Shown here one piece after another: positions 23,580 through 32,194 of a stretch of 41,675 nt of DNA. A program made the translations under genes and the position numbers. Numbering within the stretch: position 1 is the stretch's first letter; every line of letters starts with the position of its first letter. Below the pieces are notes generated by a model. That model was given only the letters and a program-made list of their open reading frames with translations, made no database searches and was not told the origin of the DNA. The DNA is from a virus (Duplodnaviria; Caudoviricetes), in the IMG/VR virus record IMGVR_UViG_3300037047_000122, positions 1-41,675 of that record; one strand, given 5' to 3'.

Positions 23580-24500
23580 ATGACTGAGCCGGATTTAAGG
23601 TACACGACTAGCGAAATACTGATCTCCGATATAATCGCCAATTTTATCATAGACCGCCGGGCGCGCGGCCTGTCGCCAAATACAATCAGGTATTATCGCG
23701 ATGAGTTGGGCATTTTTGATAAATGGGCCCATGAACACGGGATTGATCAGATCGGCGAAGTGTCTTCGGATATTCTGCGGTTGTTTTTCACTGACCTGGC
23801 CGACCGACGCAATAAGGGTGGAACCCATTCGGTTTTTCGTTCGGTAAAGGCATGCCTAAATTGGTTTGAAATCGAGGAAGACGGAGAATATGCCAACCCG
23901 ATTCGCAGGTTCCATGTGCCTGCTCAGAAACCGCGGGCGTTACCGGGAATCTCCGTTGGAGATATTCAAAGGTTAATCGATTCCTGTCGCGGCGATTTGG
24001 AGCTGCGGGATAAGACCATTCTGCGCTGTCTATTGGACACCGGCGCCAGGGCATTCGAATTTGTTGCGCTGAGTATGGGCGATGTTGATCTGGCAACTGG
24101 CACCGTCAAAATCCAACGTGGAAAGGGGGACAAAGAACGCGCGGTGTTTTTGGGCGCGAACAGCCGGCGGTCTGTAAAGCGTTATTTACGGGGCAGGTCG
24201 TTTCTAAATCCATCTGCCCCCATTTGGTTGAACGATGAGGGTGACAGGTTAACCAAACGCGGGCTGCGATCTATGGTCGAACGTCGATCAGAAAAAGCAG
24301 GTATCCGTACGCCCGGGCTACATGATTTTAGGCGCGCCTTTGCACTAAATATGTGGCGGGCCGGGATCGATCTTCTGGCAATCAGCAGGCTGATGGGACA
24401 TTCGAGCACGGTAGTAACTCAAAGGTACATAGCGCATTTCGATAGTGATTTACGTGATCAACACGCAAAAGGAAGCCCGGTGGACAATGCAGATCTCTAA
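23580..24500 (+). CDS. int: Tyrosine recombinase/integrase (XerC/D-like), 306 aa
   Basis: SPNTIRYY SAM-like domain, DTGAR, GKGDK, HDFRR, MGH and TQRY. The ORF-track start at 23394 runs through the tRNA; the real start is ATG 23580. Confidence 0.92.
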   Translation: MTEPDLRYTTSEILISDIIANFIIDRRARGLSPNTIRYYRDELGIFDKWAHEHGIDQIGEVSSDILRLFFTDLADRRNKGGTHSVFRSVKACLNWFEIEEDGEYANPIRRFHVPAQKPRALPGISVGDIQRLIDSCRGDLELRDKTILRCLLDTGARAFEFVALSMGDVDLATGTVKIQRGKGDKERAVFLGANSRRSVKRYLRGRSFLNPSAPIWLNDEGDRLTKRGLRSMVERRSEKAGIRTPGLHDFRRAFALNMWRAGIDLLAISRLMGHSSTVVTQRYIAHFDSDLRDQHAKGSPVDNADL

Positions 24501-24768
24501 ACGGCGTATAATTATCACAGAGGAAATCGAGTACTTGGAACAAAACGGGGTTACGACCGCTCTCAGCACTACCCGGGCCGGCGCCGATGCCAGCGACGCG
24601 ATCAGGCTGCTTCAGTCCGTGCTGCTGCCCGGCGAGCTGATGCGCCTGGCCAGACGCCTGGAGCAGGCCAAATCCAGCGATAAGCAGATCTTAGTGGGGG
24701 TTGAATTCACGCACGGTCATGCCCGGAAGATTGTGTACCACGAAAGCGAGATCCTCGAGCGAGAATAG
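24487..24768 (+). CDS. Hypothetical protein, 93 aa
   Basis: ATG overlaps the integrase end; C-terminal VGVEFTHGHARKIV beta-hairpin. Confidence 0.6.
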   Translation: MQISKRRIIITEEIEYLEQNGVTTALSTTRAGADASDAIRLLQSVLLPGELMRLARRLEQAKSSDKQILVGVEFTHGHARKIVYHESEILERE

Positions 24769-24804
24769 CCGTATAATATCATCATAGCTTGGCAGTTTGG
24801 CGTG

Positions 24805-24842
24805 AAGCCCGGAGCGCATGTATTTGCGTTTCTGGGCTTTTT
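24805..24842 (+). terminator. Terminator-like hairpin ahead of the late operon
   Basis: AAGCCCGGAGCGCA/TGCGTTTCTGGGCTT plus a T run, downstream of TATAAT at 24772. Confidence 0.6.
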
Positions 24843-24858
24843 GTTTTCTGGAGGTTAT

Positions 24859-25224
24859 ATGGATTACGCATCGATGTTAGCTAGGGCCGCTGGACTGATT
24901 CCATTCGTAATGATCCTGGTATCGGCTATCAAGAAAATGGGGCTAGAGGGTGTTTGGCTTACCCGTGTCTCGTTCGTCGTAGGCGCCATTGTAGGGACCG
25001 CGAGCGAGGCGGCTATTAACTATCAGCCTACCGTGTTCCTGTGGTGGTTCGGCTCTATCCTCTACGGTCTAATTATTGGCGCTGGCGCTTCCGGAGCTTA
25101 TGATTTGGGCGATAGATGGCTGAAACCAAAGACGTTCAAGGTTGTCACCCCCCCGGGCACGATTATTGTCGCGCCTGAGCAGGTACAAGCGTCCGATATT
25201 GCGCAAGAACGAAAGTCGCAATAA
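24859..25224 (+). CDS. Holin-like membrane protein, 121 aa
   Basis: Three hydrophobic segments, VSAIKKMG and GLIIGAGASGAYD; GGAGG RBS before ATG 24859. Confidence 0.7.
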   Translation: MDYASMLARAAGLIPFVMILVSAIKKMGLEGVWLTRVSFVVGAIVGTASEAAINYQPTVFLWWFGSILYGLIIGAGASGAYDLGDRWLKPKTFKVVTPPGTIIVAPEQVQASDIAQERKSQ

Positions 25225-25697
25225 TGCCACCGGACTTCTGGACGTGGTTATTTGCCAACAAAGCCTGGTCGGATTTCCCAGTAGTGTTTCTCCTGGTGGC
25301 CGTGTTTACCATCGTCGGGCTTGCGGCGCGCTGGTTCTGGCACGACTACAAGGCAGAGCAGGCACGGATGCGGGAATATACCGCGATCGAAGCTGAGAAA
25401 GACCGCGCTTTCCGCGAGGCACAGGACACGAAACGCGAGCAGGCGCAGGATAAAAGAGACGGTCAATGGCGCACAACAATTCAAGGGCAATACGCTCTAT
25501 ACAATCAGTACGATCGTGAGCGCCAGGAGACGCTAGTCAAGATCTCCACGGCGCTTGAGGCGGTCGCCACAAAGGCAGACCTACAGGAGCATGACGAACG
25601 GGCGAAGGGTATCGCCCATGTGATAAGTCGTGTCGAAGAAAACACACGCCCGCTGCCCGGCCAGCCAGGATATGAGAGAAGGCACGCTGGTGACTAA
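25224..25697 (+). CDS. Single-TM plus coiled-coil protein (second holin-like/lysis accessory)
   Basis: N-terminal TM followed by a charged coiled coil; TAATG coupling. Confidence 0.6.
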   Translation: MPPDFWTWLFANKAWSDFPVVFLLVAVFTIVGLAARWFWHDYKAEQARMREYTAIEAEKDRAFREAQDTKREQAQDKRDGQWRTTIQGQYALYNQYDRERQETLVKISTALEAVATKADLQEHDERAKGIAHVISRVEENTRPLPGQPGYERRHAGD

Positions 25698-25718
25698 GGT
25701 CCACCTGGTAGAGGTGTA

Positions 25719-27698
25719 ATGGATGAACGTGCTTCCTGGGATCAACAAGAGGGCGAGTCGAATCGCTGGTATCAGCGCTTCAGTGCCTTTCGCTTGTTGG
25801 GCCCAGGTCGATCACTTATATCTGTTGCAAACGCTGAAAGGGACAGAAGGGGACGGAACAGGACAGACAATGTGTCCGGTGCGTGGCGTAGAGCGGCCGC
25901 AGAGTGGGACTGGCGCGCCCGGGCTGAGGCCTGGGACAGACACCTCACCAACCTGGCCAATGCTGAGATCGAAGCCAAGTGGGGCAGCCGGATCATGGGG
26001 AAAGCCGAGGCGCTCGGGCGTATGTCCGAGTTCGGGCGCAACGATGTGCGCAACTTTTTCAAGGTCACCGAACGCTGGACAGAGAACCCACTGCCGTCTG
26101 AAGAGATTCTGGCAGAAGAGCAGTTCGTCAAGCTCATCCTGGAAGTACCGGTAAAATGCACGCGCTACCTGGTAAAAAAGGTCGTCGTCGACATGGATAA
26201 GTTTCTCGACCCAGAGCAATCGTTTCGGGTGCGCGAGTTCACCGACAGCCCAAAGAATGGGATCGGCTTCAAGCTGTATGAGGCGCCTGCGGCGGTGGTC
26301 AATGTCGGTAAGCGCAACGGCGCGTTTTCGGACAACGACGAGAACCACACGGAAAATGCAAGCCGGGTGATCACCATCCCCGCCGACCTGATTGCCCCGC
26401 CATTCCTGGCACCATACCGGGACGTTCGAGACCGAAAGCACACTGAATACGTCTTCTACGGCGGGCGCGGCAGCACCAAATCGAGCTTTGTTTCGCTGGC
26501 GATTATCTACCTTCTTGTGAACAACCCTGGGATGCACGCGCTGGCGCTGCGCCAGGTCGCCAACACACTCAGGGACAGCGTGTATGCGCAGCTGGTTTGG
26601 GCAATCAACGAACTGAGCAATTATTATCCCGGGCTGAGCGACGATTTTAAGTGCACGACCAATCCGCTCGAGATCACCTATTTGCCGACCGAGCAAAAGG
26701 TATATTTCCGCGGGGCAGATGACGCCGGCAAGATCAAGTCGATCAAGCCGGCTTTCGGCCATATCGGCGTCGCCTGGTTCGAGGAGCTGGACCAGTTCCA
26801 CGGTGAGGACTCGATTCGCAAGATAGAGCAGTCGGCGATCCGGGGCGGCGACATCGCCTATATCTTCAAGAGCTTCAACCCGCCGCGAACTGCTGCGAAC
26901 TGGGCAAACAAATACGTTAAAGTTCCCAAAGAGACACAGTACCAGCATTCCAGTAGTTACCTGGATGTGCCGCAGGAGTGGCTGGGGAAGCCGTGGCTGG
27001 ATGAGGCCGGTCACCTGAAGAACATCAATCCGCTGGCATTTGAGCACGAGTATTTGGGCGTGGCCAACGGCACCGGCGGGCTGGTCTTCGAAAACGTGCA
27101 ACTGCGGCCGATCACCGATGAAGAGATCGCCGAGTTCGATCACATCCTGCAGGGCATCGACTGGGGGTATTACCCCGACCCCTGGGCGTGGGGGAAAATG
27201 CACTACGATGCGGCCAGGCACATCCTCTATATTTTCGATGAGCTCAGGATGCAAAAGGCCGGCAACAAGGAAACCTACACTGAGCTGGTAACGACGAAGG
27301 GCGTAGGGCCTGACGATCTAATTATTGCAGATAGCGCAGAACCCAAGTCAGTGGCTGATTACCGCCAATACAGTTCAGAGGGAATTCCCGCTGTTGACGC
27401 CAACGGGGTCCCGATACTAGATAACAGGGGTAAGCCTGTTTTACTTTATGGACCTGCATGCCGGGCCGCTGAAAAGGGTCCCGAGTCGGTCAAGTACAGC
27501 ATGAAATGGTTGCAGTCTTTGGCGGCGATCGTGATCGACAACCAACGCTGTCCCAACCACGCAGAGGAGTTTTTGAATTATGAGCTGGAGCAAGATAAAG
27601 ACGGGAACTTTATCAGCGAGTATCCCGATCGGGACAACCATTTTATTGACGAAACGCGGTATGCAACCAATTTGATCTGGCGCCGGCGGGGCCAGTAA
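25719..27698 (+). CDS. terL: Terminase large subunit (PBSX type) with ~215-aa TerS-like N-terminal fusion
   Basis: GGRGSTKS, FRGADD..KIKS, WFEE, SFNPP, GIDWGY, DSAEPKS and DNHFIDETRYA. Confidence 0.92.
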   Translation: MDERASWDQQEGESNRWYQRFSAFRLLGPGRSLISVANAERDRRGRNRTDNVSGAWRRAAAEWDWRARAEAWDRHLTNLANAEIEAKWGSRIMGKAEALGRMSEFGRNDVRNFFKVTERWTENPLPSEEILAEEQFVKLILEVPVKCTRYLVKKVVVDMDKFLDPEQSFRVREFTDSPKNGIGFKLYEAPAAVVNVGKRNGAFSDNDENHTENASRVITIPADLIAPPFLAPYRDVRDRKHTEYVFYGGRGSTKSSFVSLAIIYLLVNNPGMHALALRQVANTLRDSVYAQLVWAINELSNYYPGLSDDFKCTTNPLEITYLPTEQKVYFRGADDAGKIKSIKPAFGHIGVAWFEELDQFHGEDSIRKIEQSAIRGGDIAYIFKSFNPPRTAANWANKYVKVPKETQYQHSSSYLDVPQEWLGKPWLDEAGHLKNINPLAFEHEYLGVANGTGGLVFENVQLRPITDEEIAEFDHILQGIDWGYYPDPWAWGKMHYDAARHILYIFDELRMQKAGNKETYTELVTTKGVGPDDLIIADSAEPKSVADYRQYSSEGIPAVDANGVPILDNRGKPVLLYGPACRAAEKGPESVKYSMKWLQSLAAIVIDNQRCPNHAEEFLNYELEQDKDGNFISEYPDRDNHFIDETRYATNLIWRRRGQ

Positions 27699-27727
27699 CC
27701 TTTCGAATTTCAGACTGTGAGGACACA

Positions 27728-28156
27728 ATGAGACTACTGAGTAATGGCGAATATGCGGCTGGAATGGTGCCCGTCGATGCAGATGGGAACATAATCGAAT
27801 CGGACACCAGGAGCACCAGTTTTGCCGTAACGATTGCTGAGAATGCAGCGTTGAGCGGCGCGATCGATCTGTCGAATGTAGTGGGTGACGCGGGGCTGGT
27901 GGGTGTGCCGTCGGCCTGGACGGCGGCGGCTATCGGGTTCAAGGTATCCGACACGCTGGGCGGGACGTACTCGCCGTTGCGGGATGAGAGCGGGGCGATC
28001 GTGCAGATCAGCGGGATCATCACGAACGCGGCGGGATGGTACAAGCTGCCGGATGCTTTGCGCGGGGCGATGTTTGTGAAGCTGTGGTCGCAAGCGGCGG
28101 GAGTTGATACGAACCAGGCTGCGGCGCGGAGCCTGGTGGTGGTGGCGAAGGGGTAG
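27728..28156 (+). CDS. Beta-sandwich virion-type protein, 142 aa
   Basis: GAGG RBS; jelly-roll-like composition (LSGAIDL...PSAWTAA.I.FKVS). Confidence 0.6.
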   Translation: MRLLSNGEYAAGMVPVDADGNIIESDTRSTSFAVTIAENAALSGAIDLSNVVGDAGLVGVPSAWTAAAIGFKVSDTLGGTYSPLRDESGAIVQISGIITNAAGWYKLPDALRGAMFVKLWSQAAGVDTNQAAARSLVVVAKG

Positions 28157-28161
28157 GCGCG

Positions 28162-28878
28162 ATGAATCTACTCCTGTTGAGCGGTAAGACAAAAGTGCTA
28201 CGTAAACTGCTGAACCTATTTGGCCGCGCGTCGATTGTGGAAATCTGGCCGCTTGACGAGCGTACAGGCACGGTGGCGTATGGCGTGGTGAATGGCTACA
28301 ACGGGGCTTATACGGGTGTAGATTTGGCAAATGTTGCAAGCAGAGTAACAGGAAATTTTGCACCTTATTTTGATGGGGCTAATGATTATGTAGGCATCTA
28401 TTCGGCAGGGCTGGAGGTGGCGTTTAATGGGGCGGCGGGTACTATTCTTGCTCTATCACGTAATCTTGGCGATGCGACCTCTAGGCGCGTGCTGACTATA
28501 GGAGATGGGGGGAGCAACCGATTACTGATCAGTAATGGGACATTAACTACTGTGTTGCAGGTACAGCGGTTAGCGGGTGGTGCATCCATCGCCCGAACAC
28601 TGGGATCGACACTTGATACGCGGTGGTATTTGTCTGGTGAAACGTGGGATGAGGCAACCGATACACTACGGGGGTATTTGGACGGTGTACAGGTTGGTGC
28701 AGATATAAACACAATCGGAACATGGGCGACCCCACTTAACCAGTCAGGGTGCTACATTGGTGCAATTTCTGGGCCGTCAACGCTATGGACGGGTTACATT
28801 AGTTATGTAATCCTTCTGAACCGTGCTGCTACTGCTGCTGAAATGTTACAAGCAAATAAAATTCTAGGTGGTGCATAA
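28162..28878 (+). CDS. LamG/concanavalin A-like lectin domain protein
   Basis: WPLDE..GT, FDGANDYV, W...TWD...YLDG, YIGA, WTGYI...NRAAT..E. Confidence 0.8.
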   Translation: MNLLLLSGKTKVLRKLLNLFGRASIVEIWPLDERTGTVAYGVVNGYNGAYTGVDLANVASRVTGNFAPYFDGANDYVGIYSAGLEVAFNGAAGTILALSRNLGDATSRRVLTIGDGGSNRLLISNGTLTTVLQVQRLAGGASIARTLGSTLDTRWYLSGETWDEATDTLRGYLDGVQVGADINTIGTWATPLNQSGCYIGAISGPSTLWTGYISYVILLNRAATAAEMLQANKILGGA

Positions 28879-29300
28879 TGGCAAGCGTCAATTTGTACTT
28901 CTACATTGAGGATTTAGCGCTGACCGTGGCGCAACGGAATACGATTATCGCCAACCTGCAAGCCTGGGGCGACCGCAACAGCGACGGCAACCCCAAAAAC
29001 CGCAACCATTGGCGCATCCGGCCAGACGGCCAGGCCGCGATTTTCGAGATGTGGGTGAACGACGGCAACCTGACCCTGCCGTTTTTCAGGCAGCAATTGG
29101 CGACGATCTTCGGCGTGGCGCTGGCAACGGTGACGGCATCCACCACAACCAACGCCTACGGAAGCCTGGCGACATTCACCTACAACAGCGCAGCCCGTTT
29201 GCGCCTGGGTGTGTTTGGCGGGGTGAGTGCGACATACGAGCAGAGCCAAGCGGCGTGTCTATCGTTCCTGGCGGCTAACGCTGCGGGGTGGGAGGCGTAA
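28878..29300 (+). CDS. Hypothetical protein, 140 aa
   Basis: TAATG coupling to the LamG gene. Confidence 0.7.
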   Translation: MASVNLYFYIEDLALTVAQRNTIIANLQAWGDRNSDGNPKNRNHWRIRPDGQAAIFEMWVNDGNLTLPFFRQQLATIFGVALATVTASTTTNAYGSLATFTYNSAARLRLGVFGGVSATYEQSQAACLSFLAANAAGWEA

Positions 29301-29356
29301 TGCAAAATTACTGCACGGTTGCTGAATTGATCGAGGATATAGGCGCAAAGGGATAA
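29300..29356 (+). pseudogene. 18-aa remnant MQNYCTVAELIEDIGAKG resembling a head-tail connector N-terminus
   Basis: GGAGG RBS and TAATG coupling; YCT-x-x-EL motif; stops 3 nt before the portal ATG. Confidence 0.45.
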
Positions 29357-29359
29357 CCC

Positions 29360-30760
29360 ATGTTTGCAAAAATCCTGGCGTGGATTAAGGAGATATTTTC
29401 AAAAATGATTGGACAACAGTCAGTCAAACAAGCTTTAAATATTGACGTTGCCATTTCCAACGAAATGATGACCGCGCTGGAAACATGGTCCCTTATGTAT
29501 GCAAATCAGGCGGGGTGGTTGAATAAGGATATTAAGTCGCTTAACTTGCCGGCGGCGATCGCCAGTGAGATCGCCCGCGCCGTGACCATCGAAATGAGCG
29601 TGGAACTGACCGGTTCCGCCCGGGCAGCGTTTCTACAGAAACAGTTGACGCCGGTACTGAGTAAGCTGCGCGAAAAGGTCGAAGTCGGCGCGGCAAAGGG
29701 TGGCCTGATCTTCAAACCGTACATTAGCGGAAAAGAGATCGCCGTTGATTACATACACGCAGACATGTTCTATCCTGTCGCGTTCGACTCGAACGGCAAT
29801 ATCACCAGCTGCGTGTTTGCGGATCAGCAGACGATCGGGGGCAAGTATTACACCAGGTTAGAGTTTCACCGGATGACGCCGCAAGGGTGCGAGATCACAA
29901 ATAGGGCATTTCAGTCCGATAGTCGGGACACGTTGGGAAAGTCGGTTGATCTTTCAACTGTTGCCATTTGGGCTGAATTGCTACCAGAGGCAACGATCAC
30001 GGGCATCGACCGGCCGCTTTTTGCATATTTCAAATATCCCCTGGCCAACACTGTGGATCCAACGAGTCCGCTTGGGGTGAGCTGCTACTCTCGCGCTGTG
30101 GATCTGATCCACGATGCAGATATCCAATGGTCAAATTTAATTTGGGAATTTGAGAGCGGGCAGCGGGCCTTATACGTTGATGCTCTGGCGTTTGGCAAGG
30201 ATTCGACCGGCAAGGCGGTGCTGCCCAACAAGCGGCTCTATAAGACCATCGATGCCGGAGGGCAAGAGGATGCGCTGTTCAAGGAGTGGACTCCGACTCT
30301 GCGAGAAGAGAACATACTCAAAGGCCTGGATGCCATCCTCAAGCGAGTGGAGTTCGCGTGCGGCCTGGCATATGGCACGCTGAGCGATCCTAACACGATT
30401 GAAAAAACTGCTACAGAAATCGCGGCGAGCAAGCAACGGACTCAGTCGACCATTGTGGATACACAGAAGGCCCTTCAGGAGGCATTGGACCATCTACTCT
30501 ACGCCATTGATATCTGGGCGACATTGGGCAACCTGGCGCCTCGGGGAACGTATGCAGTAGCTTACGACTTTGACGATTCGCTGCTTGTTGACAGCGAAAT
30601 GCAATTCGCACAGGATACCCGCACGGTGGGTCTGGGTGCGATGCCTCTTTACATGTTTTTGATGCGGAACTATGGTTTGACTGAGCAATTGGCGAAGCAG
30701 TGGATCACTGAGAAACAGGCCGAAACGCCGGCCGACATGTTTGCAGATCAAGGGGCGTAA
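29360..30760 (+). CDS. Portal protein (A118/SPP1 gp6-like)
   Basis: SLNLPAAIASEIAR, YYTRLEFH, SPLGVS, CGLAYGT..KTATEI and FDDS. Confidence 0.9.
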   Translation: MFAKILAWIKEIFSKMIGQQSVKQALNIDVAISNEMMTALETWSLMYANQAGWLNKDIKSLNLPAAIASEIARAVTIEMSVELTGSARAAFLQKQLTPVLSKLREKVEVGAAKGGLIFKPYISGKEIAVDYIHADMFYPVAFDSNGNITSCVFADQQTIGGKYYTRLEFHRMTPQGCEITNRAFQSDSRDTLGKSVDLSTVAIWAELLPEATITGIDRPLFAYFKYPLANTVDPTSPLGVSCYSRAVDLIHDADIQWSNLIWEFESGQRALYVDALAFGKDSTGKAVLPNKRLYKTIDAGGQEDALFKEWTPTLREENILKGLDAILKRVEFACGLAYGTLSDPNTIEKTATEIAASKQRTQSTIVDTQKALQEALDHLLYAIDIWATLGNLAPRGTYAVAYDFDDSLLVDSEMQFAQDTRTVGLGAMPLYMFLMRNYGLTEQLAKQWITEKQAETPADMFADQGA

Positions 30761-31870
30761 ATGCTGACCGCTGACCAACTGGACGCGCTGGCTGGGCCTA
30801 TAACGGACTTGTACGAAGAGTATAACCAGTCCGTGATCAACGACATCGCACGCCGGTTGGCCAAGATGAACATGACATCCACCGCGGCGTGGCAGATGCA
30901 GCGGCTCACAGAATCGGGAAAGGTCTACGAGAAAGCGCTGGCAGAATTAAGCAAAGTCACAGGCCGCAGCGAGGCGGAGCTGCGAGAATTGTTCAAACGG
31001 GCTGGCGTGAAGGCCATGCGGTTTGACGATGCGATCTACAAAGCGGCCGGTCTCAATCCACTTCCCTTGAACCTCTCGCCGGCGATGGCACAGGTGCTGG
31101 CAGCGGGGCTGCGCAAGACGCAGGGCATCATGCGCAACCTGACCATGAGCACGGCGATCAGCGGGCAGAACGCCTTCCTCAACGCGGCAGATCTGGCCTA
31201 TATGCAGATCTCGAGCGGGGCGTTTTCTTACGACCAGGCGATCAAGTTGGCGATCAGAGAAGTGGCGGCAAAGGGCCTGTCCGTGATTGATTACGCGAAC
31301 GGTAGACAGGATCAACTCGACGTGGCCATGCGCCGAACGGTGTTGACCGGCGTGAATTCAACGGTCGGAAACCTGCAAATGGCGCGCGCGGACGAGATGG
31401 GTACCGACCTGGTGCAGACGAGCGCGCACATTGGAGCGCGACCGGAGCACCAGCTCTGGCAGGGAAAGATCTTCAGCCGGTCGGGAAGTGATTCTGAATA
31501 CCCGCCATTTGTCACGTCGACCGGGTATGGGACCGGCGCCGGCCTGATGGGTTGGAACTGCCGGCATAGCTGGTTCCCATATTTCAAAGGTATTAGCGAG
31601 AACGCATACTCTCAGGCTGAACTGGAAAGTTTCGCCAACAAGACAGTCAACTACAACGGGAAAACAATCAGCATGTACGATGCCACCCAGAAGCAGCGGG
31701 CAATCGAGCGCAATATCCGCTATTGGAAACGGCAGCGGGGGGCAATGGAGGCCGCAGGCCTGGACAGCACTGCTGAGACGGCGAAGGTAAGAGCAGCTCA
31801 GGCGGTGATGCGCAGCTTCACGAAACAGACCGGTTTACTAAGGCAACCGGTGAGGGAGAGGGTTTTATGA
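30761..31870 (+). CDS. Phage minor capsid protein 2 family
   Basis: DIARRL, SAHIGARPEHQLWQGKIF, GLMGWNCRH and QRAIERNIR. Confidence 0.9.
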   Translation: MLTADQLDALAGPITDLYEEYNQSVINDIARRLAKMNMTSTAAWQMQRLTESGKVYEKALAELSKVTGRSEAELRELFKRAGVKAMRFDDAIYKAAGLNPLPLNLSPAMAQVLAAGLRKTQGIMRNLTMSTAISGQNAFLNAADLAYMQISSGAFSYDQAIKLAIREVAAKGLSVIDYANGRQDQLDVAMRRTVLTGVNSTVGNLQMARADEMGTDLVQTSAHIGARPEHQLWQGKIFSRSGSDSEYPPFVTSTGYGTGAGLMGWNCRHSWFPYFKGISENAYSQAELESFANKTVNYNGKTISMYDATQKQRAIERNIRYWKRQRGAMEAAGLDSTAETAKVRAAQAVMRSFTKQTGLLRQPVRERVL

Positions 31871-31962
31871 GCTCTGAATTACGCGCGTTCCTGGAACTGC
31901 TTTATTCCTTTTGCAAGCAGTATATTTCCTGGTATGACAAACAAATCAAGGCAAAAGCGTAA
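31867..31962 (+). CDS. 31-aa amphipathic microprotein MSSELRAFLELLYSFCKQYISWYDKQIKAKA
   Basis: Hand-translated; ATGA overlap and GAGG RBS. Confidence 0.55.
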   Translation: MSSELRAFLELLYSFCKQYISWYDKQIKAKA

Positions 31963-31979
31963 GCACATTCCCGAAACCT

Positions 31980-31988
31980 TGCTATAAT
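31980..31988 (+). promoter_or_regulatory. Extended -10 promoter upstream of the scaffold/capsid genes
   Basis: TGcTATAAT in a 232-bp intergenic gap. Confidence 0.6.
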
Positions 31989-32047
31989 AAAGTTACCTTT
32001 ACAGCGTCACGTTCTCTGAATGGGGCGCAACGAATAAGTAGGACGGG

Positions 32048-32099
32048 AAACCGCCATGCTTGATCAGAAGAAATTCTGTTCGTGCATGGCGGTTTTTTT
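32048..32099 (+). terminator. Intrinsic terminator/attenuator
   Basis: AAACCGCCATGC/GCATGGCGGTTT with T7. Confidence 0.75.
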
Positions 32100-32194
32100 A
32101 TCAAAATTGCTATCTGGCAAGCGTAAAAGGGCCAGCGGCCACGAGATCCCAACCTCGTAAATCGGGTAGGCGCGGGTGAATAGGAGAACAGGCA

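Noticed and set aside
25812-27254. 480-aa antisense ORF, and similar long shadow ORFs such as 17578-18534 and 14299-15042
   Set aside because: They mirror well-supported genes in GC-rich DNA and show no motifs or RBS.
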